From Macrostomum lignano (Eukaryota), in contig NIVC01001763.1 of NCBI GenBank assembly GCA_002269645.1, positions 176,305-240,304 on the forward strand: a stretch of DNA of 64,000 nt. The letters run 5' to 3'. Every line of letters starts with the position of its first letter. The first letter of the stretch is position 1. The translations under genes and the position numbers were made by a program. Of the stretch, positions 13,421 through 27,800 are shown one piece after another. The notes below the pieces were generated by a model. That model worked only from the letters and a program-made list of their open reading frames with translations. It was not told the DNA's origin and made no database searches.

Positions 13421-15113
13421 CAGAGAGTGAACAGACACTGAGTGGAGATGGAGAGAGCGGGAGAGTGAACAGACACTGAGCGGAGAGAGCGGGAGAGTGA
13501 ACAGACACTGAGAGAAGAGAGCGGGAGAGTGAACAGACACTGAGCGGAGAGAGCGAGAGAGTGAACAGACACTGAGAGGAGAGAGCGGGAGAGTGAACAG
13601 ACACTGAGGGGAGATGGAGAGAGCGGGAGAGTGAACAGACACTGAGCGGAGAGAGCGGGAGAGTGAACAGACACTGAGGGGAGATGGAGAGAGCGGGAGA
13701 GTGAACAGACACTGAGGGGAGATGGAGAGAGCGGGAGAGTGAACAGACACTGAGCGGAGAGAGCGGGAGAGTGAACAGACACTGAGGGGAGATGGAGAGA
13801 GCGGGAGAGTGAACAGACACTGAGCGGAGAGAGCGGGAGAGTGAACAGACACTGAGCGGAGAGAGCGGGAGAGTGAACAGACACTGAGAGGAGAGAGCGG
13901 GAGAGTGAACAGACACTGAGGGAGATGGAGAGAGCGGGAGAGTGAACAGACACTGAGAGAAGAGAGCGGGAGAGTGAACAGACACTGAGAGGAGAGAGCG
14001 GGAGAGTGAACAGACACTGAGGGGAGATGGAGAGAGCGGGAGAGTGAACAGACACTGAGCGGAGAGAGCGGGAGAGTGAACAGACACTGAGGGGAGATGG
14101 AGAGAGCGGGAGAGTGAACAGACACTGAGGGGAGATGGAGAGAGCGGGAGAGTGAACAGACACTGAGGGGAGATGGAGAGAGCGGGAGAGTGAACAGACA
14201 CTGAGAGAAGAGAGCGGGAGAGTGAACAGACACTGAGGGGAGATGGAGAGAGCGGGAGAGTGAACAGACACTGAGAGAAGAGAGCGGGAGAGTGAACAGA
14301 CACTGAGGGGAGATGGAGAGAGCGGGAGAGTGAACAGACACTGAGCGGAGAGAGCGGGAGAGTGAACAGACACTGAGCGGAGAGAGCGGGAGAGTGAACA
14401 GACACTGAGAGGAGAGAGCGGGAGAGTGAACAGACACTGAGGGGAGATGGAGAGAGCGGGAGAGTGAACAGACACTGAGAGAAGAGAGCGAAAGAGTGAA
14501 CAGACACTGAGGGGAGATGGAGAGAGCGGGAGAGTGAACAGACACTGAGAGAAGAGAGCGGGAGAGTGAACAGACACTGAGGGGAGATGGAGAGAGCGGG
14601 AGAGTGAACAGACACTGAGCGGAGAGAGCGGGAGAGTGAACAGACACTGAGCGGAGAGAGCGGGAGAGTGAACAGACACTGAGAGGAGAGAGCGGGAGAG
14701 TGAACAGACACTGAGGGGAGATGGAGAGAGCGGGAGAGTGAACAGACACTGAGAGAAGAGAGCGGGAGAGTGAACAGACACTGAGAGGAGAGAGCGGGAG
14801 AGTGAACAGACACTGAGGGGAGATGGAGAGAGCGGGAGAGTGAACAGACACTGAGCGGAGAGAGCGGGAGAGTGAACAGACACTGAGGGGAGATGGAGAG
14901 AGCGGGAGAGTGAACAGACACTGAGAGAAGAGAGCGGGAGAGTGAACAGACACTGAGGGGAGATGGAGAGAGCGGGAGAGTGAACAGACACTGAGAGAAG
15001 AGAGCGGGAGAGTGAACAGACACTGAGGGGAGATGGAGAGAGCGGGAGAGTGAACAGACACTGAGAGAAGAGAGCGGGAGAGTGAACAGACACTGAGGGG
15101 AGATGGAGAGAGC
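13421..15113. repeat. 35/40-bp minisatellite (GAGAGCGGGAGAGTGAACAGACACTGAG plus variable linker)
   Basis: Visible tandem array with a few recurring linker variants. Confidence 0.95.
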
Positions 15114-15629
15114 TCATCTATCAATGGCTATCCAAGTCTAGAAAGCACCAAACGCTGCTGTTAGGAATCGAAAAATGAACAAAAAGAAACATCAGCTTCT
15201 TGTTGGTTGCTGCTGGCTTGATCCGCTCCCGTTCGATAGTCTCAGTTTATCCCACATCTGCAACCCCCGGGATAATTTGAATCCGGGCCGCGGCCCCCAT
15301 TACCTTCAACCTGGTTGCCATGAGGCGGGGAAGCTGCCGGCAGGCCAATTCTGCTCTAATTATCTTTCAGAACGGGAGATAATTACAGGTGCTCCCCACT
15401 AAGCTGCTGCTCCTCCAGGCTTCCTCTTCTGCTTTTTTGCGGCTTCTTCTCCTACCTCTGGCCAGAGAGTCCCAGACGAACAGAGAGTCTGGAGCAGCAG
15501 GTTCGACTCTTTTATTTTCGCATCTTTTTGCATCAAAACATTTCACCTATTCATATTTCCGCACTGCTATGTACAATGGTTGCAAGGTTGAAGAGAGTTG
15601 ATCTAAGACTATTCCCTTTCAGGGAGTCA

Positions 15630-15805
15630 CCTGACCCCCTTGACCCCCTTGACCCCCTTGACCCTATTGAACCCCCTTGACCCCTCTTAACCGCTCCATC
15701 GACCCCTTACTTGACCTCCCTTTACCACCCTTGCCACCCTTGACCCCCTTGCCCCCCTGGACCCCTTCCTTGACAACCCTTGACCCCCTTTGACCCCCTG
15801 GACCC
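15630..15805. repeat. Short degenerate TGACCCCCT array
   Basis: Visible tandem array. Confidence 0.75.
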
Positions 15806-16186
15806 CCGCTCTGGATGCCTATTAGCCGGAGCTCCGTTTCCCATGCCCAGATCTCTGGCTTGCGACCGCCATGTAAAGAGCCGAGTGGGTCTTCATTTCT
15901 GCGGCTGGGAGGGGGGAGGCGGTGAAGGCGTGTTTTATTGCACGCATGGGATAAGTTAAAAGTTAAAATGCGGATAAAAAACTCCCTTGCCTGATAAAAA
16001 TCCCCGAGGCCGGCCTTGGATACGCGGAGATGAGAGCGAGAGATATACGTGTTAATTAAGCGGAGATTGGGTCGCAAGGCTTCAGTCACTGAGCCGGCCG
16101 CATCATTTGCTATTACTAATATCTTTTTAGTGATCTTGAGCTGCCTGTCTGTCGCGACTGCATCTTGCCGGTGGAATTATGTTAAT

Positions 16187-17230
16187 CTCTGTCTATCTCA
16201 CTGTCTGTCTATCTCACTGTCTGTCTCACTGTCTGTCTATCTCACTGTCTGTCTATCTCACTGTCTGTCTCACTGTCTGTCTATCTCACTGTCTGTCTAT
16301 CTCACTGTCTGTCTATCTCACTGTCTGTCTATCTCACTGTCTGCCTATCTCACTGTCTGTCTCACTGTCTGTCTCACTGTCTGTCTCACTGTCTGTCTAT
16401 CTCACTGTCTGTCTATCTCACTGTCTGTCTCACTGTCTGTCTATCTCACTGTCTGTCTATCTCACTGTCTGTCTCACTGTCTGTCTCACTGTCTGTCTCA
16501 CTGTCTGTCTATCTCACTGTCTGTCTATCTCACTGTCTGTCTCACTGTCTGTCTCACTGTCTGTCTATCTCACTGTCTGTCTATCTCACTGTCTGTCTCA
16601 CTGTCTGTCTCACTGTCTGTCTCACTGTCTGTCTATCTCACTGTCTGTCTATCTCACTGTCTGTCTATCTCACTGTCTGTCTCACTGTCTGTCTCACTGT
16701 CTGTCTCACTGTCTGTCTATCTCACTGTCTGTCTATCTCACTGTCTGTCTCACTGTCTGTCTATCTCACTGTCTGTCTATCTCACTGTCTGTCTCACTGT
16801 CTGTCTATCTCACTGTCTGTCTATCTCACTGTCTGTCTATCTCACTGTCTGTCTATCTCACTGTCTGTCTATCTCACTGTCTGTCTATCTCACTGTCTGT
16901 CTATCTCACTGTCTGTCTATCTCACTGTCTGTCTATCTCACTGTCTGTCTATCTCACTGTCTGTCTATCTCACTGTCTGTCTCCCTGTCTGTCTATCTCA
17001 CTGTCTGTCTCCCTGTCTGTCTATCTCACTGTCTGTCTATCTCACTGTCTGTCTATCTCACTGTCTGTCTCCCTGTCTGTCTATCTCACTGTCTGTCTAT
17101 CTCACTGTCTGTCTATCTCTGTCTATCTCACTGTCTGTCTATCTCTGTCTATCTCACTGTCTGTCTATCTCACTGTCTGTCTATCTCTGTCTATCTCACT
17201 GTCTGTCTATCTCTGTCTATCTCACTGTCC
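16187..17230. repeat. 12/16-bp minisatellite (CTCACTGTCTGT[CTAT])
   Basis: Visible tandem array. Confidence 0.95.
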
Positions 17231-17711
17231 GTATCTGCCGATTAGGACATCAATATATTTTGATTGCTCCTGGTAGAAGACTGCCAGGTATCAACAAAAA
17301 ATTCTAGAAAGTCAATCATAGCAGTGCATTCAAGACAGACTCATGCACTGAGTCCAGCATGTTATTGAAATTTGGTGAATAAAAAATTTAATTTAATTAA
17401 AATTGGCTGAAAGAAACGACAAGCAAAGGGCAGGGAGTGATGGACAGATTCCGGACAATGTAAACATAGGAGCCACTCAGACAGCCGAACTGTTAACAAG
17501 CACCCAATAACCTATAGCTATGTACATCTTTTCTGCAAACATTACCAGCCCTGGCTGAGGGCTCATGTTGCACCAACTGCCCGAATAATTTGCTCATGGG
17601 GTCCCACTTGACTTGCCCGCCTGTTTTTCCCCGACTTTTGCTCGGGTCTGCTGATGCGAGCGTAATTTGATAATGTTTTGTATCATGAAACTGTGACTGC
17701 CGTTCTTGCAT

Positions 17712-18385
17712 TCTCTTATCTCTCTTCTCTTCTCTTTTCTCTCTTCTCTCTACTCTCTCCTCTCTCCTCTCTTCTCTCTTCTCTCTCCTCTCTTCTCTCT
17801 TCTCTCTTCTCTCCTCTCTCTCCTCTCTCCTCTCTTCTCTCTTCTCTCTCCTCTCTTCTATCTTCTCTCTCCTCTCTTCTCTCTTCTCTCTTCTCTCTTC
17901 TCTCTTCTCTCCTCTCTCTCCTCTCTTCTATCTTCTCTCTCCTCTCTTCTCTCTTCTCTCTTCTCTCTTCTCTCCTCTCTCTCCTCTCTTCTATCTTCTC
18001 TCTCCTCTCTTCTCTCTTCTCTCTTCTCTCTTCTCTCTTCTCTCGCCTCTCTCCTCTCTTCTCTCTTCTCTCTTCTCTCTTCCATCTTCTCTCTTCTCTC
18101 TTCTCTCATCTCTCTTCTCTCATCTCTCTTCTCTCTTCTCTCTTTTCTCTTCTCTACTCTCTTCTGTCTTCTGTCTTCTCTCCTCTCTCTTCTATTTTCT
18201 CTCTTCTCTCTCCTCTCTTCTCTCTTCTCTCTCCTCTCTACTCTCTCCTCTCTCCTTTCTTCTCTCTTCTCTCTTCTCTCTTCTATTTTCTCTCTTCTCT
18301 CTTCTCTCTTCTCTCTTCTCTCTTCTCTCTTCTCTCTTCTATTATCTCTCTTCTCTCTTCTCTCTTCTGTCTTCTCTCATCTCCT
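17712..18385. repeat. CT-rich low-complexity array
   Basis: TTCTC/CTCTC mosaics. Confidence 0.9.
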
Positions 18386-18852
18386 CTAATATTGGATCTT
18401 TAATCTTTCTCTTATATACCCTCGTTCCTCTCCTCTGCCTTTTCTACGTCTTCTGAACGCACTTTCCCCCCTCCTGTCGCTCCCATTTCGCTCCGGCTCT
18501 GTTTTCCAACTCTCCTCAATGCCTTTTGCCTCGGGTTGCTTCTGAGGATTTCATCCCATTTTGCAAATTGAAAAATTTCCCTGTTTCAGAAGTGACTGAT
18601 TTCAGCAGCTGGCTAGGAGATTTTTCGCACTGATTGGCCAGCCTGGCAGCAAGGAGGCGCGGAGCCAATCCCAGCTCCCTCACCAGATCCCCGGTCTCAA
18701 TCCTGCCTGCCTCCCCTCCCAATTTTTTTCCCGCGTCTCCCGCCAGAGCTGGGCCGTTAAAATCTGAGTGGGGGATCATTTTCCCGATCGAGCTAGAGCA
18801 GCGATTGTCAGACTTTGAGCAGGCAGACATCTGCAGCGCGGAGGACTTCAGC

Positions 18853-21800
18853 ATGAGCGAACCGAGTCCGGTGGAGCCGCAGCTGCAGCAGCTGGAAGCC
18901 GCCGGGTCGACTGCCTCCAGGGGTGGCCCGCTGGCCAGGATCACTGAAGGTGAGAGGATTATGCGTGCTGGGGGATAGCACAGAAAGAGATTAGGGGGGT
19001 CACACAGGATTGAGCGATCACACGGGTACAGAAGGACCACACAGGTATAGAGAGGGATCACACAGGTATTGAGAGGGATCACACAGGTATAGAGAGGGAT
19101 CACACAGGTATTGAGAGGGATCACACAGGTATAGAGAGGGATCACACAGGTATAGAGGGATCACACAGGTAGATAGGAATCACACAGGTATAGAGAGGGA
19201 TCACACAGGTATAGAGAGGGATCACACAGGTATAAAGAGGGATCACACAGGTATAGAGAGGGATCACACAGGTATAGAGAGGGATCACACAGGTAGTTAG
19301 GAATCACACAGGTATAGAGAGGGATCACACAGGTATAGAGAGGGATCACACAGGTATAGAGGGGGATCACACAGGTATAGAGAGGGATCACACAGGTATA
19401 GAGAGGGATCACACAGGTATAGAGAGGGATCACACAGGTAGTTAGAAATCACACAGGTATAGAGGGATCACACAGGTAGAGAGGGATCACACAGGTATAG
19501 AGGGATCACACAGGTAGATAGGGATCACACAGGTATAGAGGGATCACACAGGTAGAGAGGGATCACACAGGTAGAGAGGGATCACACAGGTATAGAGGGA
19601 TCACACAGGTATAGAGGGATCACACAGGTAGATAGGAATCACACAGGTATAGAGGGATCACACAGGTAGAGAGGGATCACACAGGTATAGAGGGATCACA
19701 CAGGTAGATAGGGATCACACAGGTATAGAGGGATCACACAGGTAGATAGGGATCACACAGGTATAGAGGGATCACACAGGTAGATAGGGATCACACAGGT
19801 ATAGAGGGATCACACAGGTAGAGAGGGATCACACAGGTATAGAGGGATCACACAGGTAGTTAGGAATCACACAGGTATAGAGAGGGATCACACAGGTATA
19901 GAGAGGGATCACACAGGTATAGAGGGGGATCACACAGGTATAGAGAGGGATCACACAGGTATAGAGAGGGATCACACAGGTATAGAGAGGGATCACACAG
20001 GTATAGAGAGGGATCACACAGGTAGTTAGGAATCACACAGGTATAGAGAGGGATCACACAGGTATAGAGAGGGATCACACAGGTATAGAGGGGGATCACA
20101 CAGGTATAGAGAGGGATCACACAGGTATAGAGAGGGATCACACAGGTATAGAGAGGGATCACACAGGTAGTTAGGAATCACACAGGTATAGAGGGATCAC
20201 ACAGGTAGAGAGGGATCACACAGGTATAGAGGGATCACACAGGTAGATAGGGATCACACAGGTATAGAGGGATCACACAGGTAGAGAGGGATCACACAGG
20301 TATAGAGGGATCACACAGGTAGATAGGGATCACACAGGTATAGAGGGATCACACAGGTAGAGAGGGATCACACAGGTATAGAGGGATCACACAGGTAGAG
20401 AGGGATCACACAGGTATAGAGGGATCACACAGGTAGATAGGGATCACACAGGTATAGAGGATCACACAGGTAGAGAGGGATCACACAGGTATAGAGGGAT
20501 CACACAGGTAGATAGGGATCACACAGGTATAGAGGGATCACACAGGTAGAGAGGGATCACACAGGTATAGAGGGATCACACAGGTAGATAGGGATCACAC
20601 AGGTATAGAGGGATCACACAGGTAGATAGGGATCACACAGGTATAGAGGGATCACACAGGTAGAGAGGGATCACACAGGTATAGAGGGATCACACAGGTA
20701 GATAGGGATCACACAGGTATAGAGGGATCACACAGGTATAGAGGGATCACACAAGTATAGAGGGATCACACAGGTAGATAGGGATCACACATGGGTAAGG
20801 GATCTGAAGATATGCTAGGAAATGCATTGCAATCATCAATCAACAGTGTATTTTATTCCCATATCAGTGTGCTATAAATATTCTGAATATTATCCGTCAC
20901 AGTTTAGCTGTGACTAAATCCCCCCGCATCTGCACTAATTAAAACTTTTCGTTCGCGAGATTATCTCTCGGCTTTGGAAAAAATATATATTGCTTTCAAT
21001 TTGTGGGCGCGTGACCAGCAGCTTAAGTGATTCTGTCAAGCAGCTCCATTAAGTGCCGGGAGGGTCCCTGCAGCTGATCTCCATCTAGCAAAGCGCTGGA
21101 AAACTCATAAAAAGTTGCAACAGTTAAAAGCAAACCCCCCAGAGTCTTCAGCTGACTCAGGGGATCTGAGAGTAAGGGGATATTTGGGGTGTAGAAAAAC
21201 CCGCCTAGCTATAGACTTCCTCTTGACACATGCAACAGCTTCAATTTAACTCCAAAGCACTAGAATAGAAGCAGAGATGAAAGTGAGAGCAGGGGCAGCA
21301 GGGGCAGTAGAAGCAGCAAGTGCCCGTGTTCCTCTATTGAAAATTTAGGCCAACAACCTGACCCGCGATGAGAGCGAGAGTGAGGGAGCGATTCCATATA
21401 CGGGTACTGCATTCTGCTGGGCCCCCCAGACCCAAATGTTTCACTGTAACAGGAGCCCAAATAGGCATCAATATTTGATCAATGACTGAAGGTGCCCCCG
21501 CGCGGGTTGGGCACGCGTTCACAGAGCCATATTTGACTAAGGAAAAAATAATAATATTACCATACGGCCACCATGCTAACACCAGAGCTCACGGATCCTG
21601 TGATGAAGCCTGCATGCCCGGGCCATATTTGCTTGGTCAGGGAGAGGTGAAAATCACTGGGCGGGTTGGAGGTTTTTAGCGCACTGTTTGCTTTGAGCAT
21701 AGAAGAGATCGAGATGGCCTGGGTTGGCAGACATCGCTCGCTCTTTCGCATCTCTAAACCGGTTGTGAAAACCCAGTTTACTTTTTAATAAAAATATTCA

Positions 21801-24800
21801 ACTGCTTTGCGGTTGAATATCGGTTAAGTGGCTTCCTTGTCAGCTTCTTAGTAAGGCGAGGCTTACAGAGATGCCAGATGGCCAGTGGAGGGCAGGTTTC
21901 GCTTGAAACGCAGCGTCTTCCCGATTAGAAATCTTCCCCAAGGTGGCTGGCAGGCGAAGGAGGGGGTGCGATGAGCGCTTTTCTCCCATCTTTAATCTGC
22001 GGCGACGAGTCTTTTAATCCCCCGAGCTGCATGGCGTGCAACTGCAATCTTGGCTCAGAAACGGGGAATCCTGCCGGTTAGCGGGCTGGCTCGGCGATTC
22101 GCCTGGGAATACTGACTGGATTTGATGAAGATTCTCAGTTTCCGGGAACTGCAGGAGAAAATGTCTACTGTTTCTGCGGGATAGCAAATTAGTTTCTGAT
22201 TTGTTTCTGCTTGACTGCATTCAAATTTCTGCTACTCGGAGCTCAGCTTCTGCTCCCTCATAAACAGGTTTCTTTTTCTGCGATTCTACCCCTCCAGTAT
22301 GCAATTCTACCTTCCAATCTGCAATTCTACCTTCCAATCTGCGATTCTACCTCTTCAATCTGCGATTCTACCTTCCAATCTGCAATTCTACCTTCCAATC
22401 TGCAATTCTACCTTCCAATCTGCGATTCTACCTTCCAATCTGCGATTCTACCTCTTCAATCTGCAATTCTACCTTCCAATTTGCGATTCTACCTTCCAAT
22501 CTGCGATTCTACCTCTTCAATCTGCGATTCTACCTTCCAATCTGCGATTCTACCTCTTCAATCTGCAATTCTACCTTCCAATCTGCGATTCTACCTCTTC
22601 AATCTGCAATTCTACCTTCCAATTTGCGATTCTACCTTCCAATCTACGATTCTACCTCTTCAATCTGCGATTCTACCTCTTCAATCTGCGATTCTACCTC
22701 TTCAATCTGCGATTCTACCTCTTCAATCTGCGATTCTACCTTCCAATCCGCAAATCTACCTCTTCAATCTGCGATTCTACCACTTCAATCTGCGATTCTA
22801 CCTCTTCAATCTGCGATTCTACCTTCCAATCCGCGATTCTACCTCTTCAATCTGCGATTCTACCCTCCAATCTGCGATTCTACCCTCCAATCTGCGATTC
22901 TACCCTCAAATATGCAATTCTACCCTCCAATCTGCGATTCTACCCTCCAATCTGCGATTTTACCTTCCAATCTGTGATTCTACCCTCCAATCTGCGATTC
23001 TACCCTCCAATCTGCGATTCTACCCTCAAATATGCAATTCTACCCTCCAATCTGCGATTCTACCCTCCAATCTGCGATTTTACCTTCCAATCTGTGATTC
23101 TACCCTCCAATCTGCGATTCTACCCTCCAATCTGCGATTCTACCCTCCAATCTGCGATTCTACCCTCCAATCTGCGATTCTACCCTCAAATATGCAATTC
23201 TACCCTCCAATCTGCGATTCTACCCTCCAATCTGCGATTCTACCCTCCAATCTGCGATTCTACCCTCCAATCTGCGATTCTACCCTCAAATATGCAATTC
23301 TACCCTCCAATCTGCGATTCTACCTCTTCAATCTGCGATTCTACCTTCCAATCTGCGATTCTACCTTCCAATTTGCGATTCTACCTTCCAATCTGCGATT
23401 CTACCCTCCAATCTGCGATTCTACCTCTTCAATCTGCGATTCTACCTTCCAATCCGCGATTCTACCTCTTCAATCTGCGATTCTACCCTCCAATCTGCGA
23501 TTCTACCTCTTCAATCTGCGATTCTACCTCTTCAATCTGCGATTCTACCTCTTCAATCTGCGATTCTACCTCTTCAATCTGCGATTCTACCTTCCAATCC
23601 GCAAATCTACCTCTTCAATCTGCGATTCTACCACTTCAATCTGCGATTCTACCTCTTCAATCTGCGATTCTACCTTCCAATCCGCGATTCTACCTCTTCA
23701 ATCTGCGATTCTACCCTCCAATCTGCGATTCTACCTCTTCAATCTGCGATTCTACCTCTTCAATCTGCGATTCTACCCTCCAATCTGCGATTCTACCTCT
23801 TCAATCTGCGATTCTACCTTCCAATCTGCGATTCTACCTTCCAATCCGCGATTCTACCTCTTCAATCTGCGATTCTACCTCTTCAATCTGCGATTCTACC
23901 TCTTCAATCTGCGATTCTACCCTCCAATCTGCGATTCTACCTCTTCAATCTGCGATTCTACCTTCCAATCTGCGATTCTACCTTCTAATTTACGACTCTA
24001 CCCTCCAATCTGCGATTCTACCCTCCAATCTGCGATTCTACCCCTCCAACCTGCGATTCTACCCCTCGAATCTGCGATTCTACCTCTTCAATCTGCGATT
24101 ATATTCTCAAATCCACAACTCTATCCTTCCAATCTGCGATTCTACCCTTCTAATCTACGATTCTACCTATGCATATCTGACATTCTATTCATCCAATCTG
24201 CATTTTACCCAACCAATTTCCGATTGTCATTCCGAACATCTGTTTACACTAACTACTAAAATCTTCCTTTCAATGTCGCTAAGTAGAGCTCCAATCGGCA
24301 AAAGTGTACACCAATCTCTATAATGTAACCGCCGCTGTTCACTAGAGGCGGCGGCTGTAAGCCCGATGCTGGCGGCCTGTCTGCAAGCATTCGTCACCGA
24401 GCCAAAAAGACAATTGCAGAGTCAGCGCAGCAAACCCCATAGCTGACTGTTATTGGCCTGTCAAAGTGTTAACGCAGATCGGGTTAAGCATGAGAGGGGA
24501 CCGACCGCCACGGGCTTCCTTCCGGTAACTGATGGGGAAGCTTTGAGAGGCTGTAGAGGCCGCAGCGGATCAAAGCTACCGATGACCTACCCCGTGCCTA
24601 TGCTATTGTTCTCCACCGGGCAGATGAGTTTGAGTTGAGCAGCGGACTCAAAGTGAGCAAAGTGGTTGGGTAGCTGCTGCCAGGCCCTTTTTATCCAACC
24701 CCGCCATCTGAGAGAGACAGAATTATGGGAGGCTGGACTGGATAATTGAGTTAGCTCCGGTCCGGGGAGAGGTGGATCAGACTGGGAATGGGAGTTTTTT

Positions 24801-27800
24801 TATTTTTATTGAGCTCCCGCTGCGGTCAAGCTTATACAGAGAATTTATCCCCAAATCCCCTCCCAGAACACCCGGGGTCGCGCTGGACTCTTTTTCATCC
24901 ATATTTCCTCCCTATACCTGGGATTCGATAGGGGATGGAGAGGACCAGGCGGATTTTCTCCCGCATCCGGGCAGGGAGCCGGCAGGGGGTCAGGTGAGCT
25001 CGTGAAGGGTTGCATCCCGTTTCGATTCAAGTGTCTCAGTTAAATTGGGATTGGACACTAACAGGGTGAGATCAAACACTAAGCTGGATGAGATTAGACA
25101 CTTAACTGGATGAGATTAGACACTTAACTGGATGAGATTAGACACTTAACTGGATGAGATCAGACACTTAACTGGATGAGATTAGACACTTTACTGGGCG
25201 AGATTGGACACAAAATAGGTGAGATCAGACACTAGCTAGGTGAGATCAGACACTAGCTAGGTGAGATCAGACACAAGCTAGGTGAGATCAGACACTAGCT
25301 AGGTGAGATCAGACACTAACTAGGTGAAATCAGACACTAGCTAGGTGAGATCAGACACTAGCTAGGTGAGATCAGACACTAACTAGATGAGATCAGACAC
25401 TAGCTAGGTGAGATCAGACACTAGCTAGGTGAGATCAGACACTAGCTAGATGAGATCAGACACTAGCTAGGTGAGATCAGACACTAGCTAGGTGAGATCA
25501 GACACTAGCTAGGTGAGATCAGACACTAGCTAGGTGAGATCAGACACTAGCTAGGTGAGATCAGACACTAGCTAGGTGAGATCAGACACTAGCTAGGTGA
25601 GATCAGACACTAGCTAGGTGAGATCAGACACAAGCTAGGTGAGATCAGACACAAGCTAGGTGAGATCAGACACTAGCTAGGTGAGATCAGACACAAAATA
25701 GGTGAGATCAGACACAAGCTAGGTGAGATCAGACACTAACTAGGTGAGATCAGACACTAGCTAGGTGAGATCAGACACTAGCTAGGTGAGATCAGACACT
25801 AGCTAGGTGAGATCAGACACTAGCTAGGTGAGATCAGACACTAACTAGGTGAGATCAGACACTAACTAGGTGAGATCAGACACTAGCTAGGTGAGATCAG
25901 ACACTAGCTAGGTGAGATCAGACACTAGCTAGGTGAGATCAGACACTAGCTAGGTGAGATCAGACACAAGCTAGGTGAGATCAGACACTAGCTATGTGAG
26001 ATCAGACACTAGCTAGGTGAGATCAGACACTAGCTAGGTGAGATCAGACACAAGCTAGGTGAGATCAGACACTAGCTAGGTGAGATCAGACACTAGCTAG
26101 GTGAGATCAGACACTAGCTAGGTGAGATCAGACACTAGCTAGGTGAGATCAGACACTAGCTAGGTGAGATCAGACACTAACTAGATGAGATCAGACACTA
26201 GCTAGGTGAGATCAGACACTAGCTAGGTGAGATCAGACACTAGCTAGATGAGATCAGACACTAACTAGATGAGATCAGACACTAGCTAGGTGAGATCAGA
26301 CACTAGCTAGGTGAGATCAGACACTAACTAGGTGAGATCAGACACTAGCTAGGTGAGATCAGACACAAGCTAGGTGAGATCAGACACTAGCTAGGTGAGA
26401 TCAGACACTAGCTAGGTGAGATCAGACACTAACTAGGTGAGATCAGACACTAGCTAGGTGAGATCAGACACTAGCTAGGTGAGATCAGACACTAGCTAGG
26501 TGAGATCAGACACTAGCTAGGTGAGATCAGACACAAGCTAGGTGAGATCAGACACTAACTAGATGAGATCAGACTCTCACACACCCGCCACCGGCCCCGC
26601 CCTGCTCTCAGCTCCGTTCTGCGGCGGCTGCAACGAGCGAATCCTGGACCGGGTGATCCTGCGCGTCCTGGAGCGCTGCTGGCACTCGCGCTGCCTCCGC
26701 TGCGCCGACTGCAAGGCGCCCCTGACCAGCAAGTGCTTCACCAAGGACAGCCTGCTGCTGTGCAAGGCCGACTTCTTCCGCCGTTTTGGCACCAAGTGCT
26801 CGGGCTGCAACGAGGGCATCCCGCCGGCTCAGGTGATCCGCAAGGCCGGGGACAGCGTTTACCACCTGGCCTGCTTCGCCTGCCAGACCTGCGCCCGGCA
26901 GCTGAACACTGGAGATGAGTTCTACCTGCTGGAGGACAAGAAGCTCATGTGCAAGCAGGACTACGAGGCGGCCAAGTCCAGGGGTGAGAGACGTGCCTCA
27001 GATCCCCATCGAAATTCCCTCAGATCCCATTGAAGCTCCGTCAGATCCCTAATGAAATTCCCTCAGATCCCCATTGAAATTCACCTCAGATTCCATTGAA
27101 ATTCCCTCAGATCCCCATTGAAACTCCCCTCAGATTCCATTGGAACTTTTCAGTTTCCCATAGAAATTCCCCAGTTTCCCATAGAAACTCCCCAGTTTCC
27201 CATAGAAACTTCCCAGTTTCCCATAGAAACTTCCCAGTTTCCCATAGAAACTTCCCAGTTTTCCATAGAAACTTCCCAGTTTCCCATAGAAACTTCCCAG
27301 TTTTCCATAGAAACTTCCCAGTTTTCCATAGAAACTTCCCAGTTTTCCATAGAAACTTCCCAGTTTCCCATAGAAACTTCTCGGTTTCCCATAGAAACTT
27401 CCCAGTTTCCCATAGAAACTTCCCAGCTTCCCATAGAAACTCCCCAGTTTCTCATAGAAACTCCCCAGTTTCCCATAGAAATTCAAGATTCCCATCAAAA
27501 CTAACGGATTTTGCAAATTGAAGAATAAAAATAAAAATTTTAGAAATTTTAGAAGCCAAAAAAATTGGGTTGCCTTAATTGAAAAAACCAATCAGGATTA
27601 TCCAGCTATAGCTAGTTCGAAATCCCAGAGAATCCCCAAAAAACGGACCTCCTTTTCCGCCGCCCGCATCCCCAGAGGCCGAGCTGGAGTCCGGCAGCAA
27701 GCGGCCCCGCACGACCATCGCGGCCAAGCAGCTGGAAGCCCTCAAGCGGGCCTACAATGAGTCCTCCAAGCCGGCCAGGCACATCCGGGAGCAGCTCAGC

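Noticed and set aside
24860-24999. Strong donor CAG|GTGAGC in Lhx3/4 intron 1 as a possible alternative first exon
   Set aside because: There is no in-frame ATG for the required phase 1; a non-coding exon cannot be excluded but is unsupported.
26577-26918. Overlapping and antisense ORFs over GC-rich exons (also 34406-34797, 38351-38668, 50741-51361)
   Set aside because: They are shadow ORFs caused by high GC at third codon positions of the real exons.
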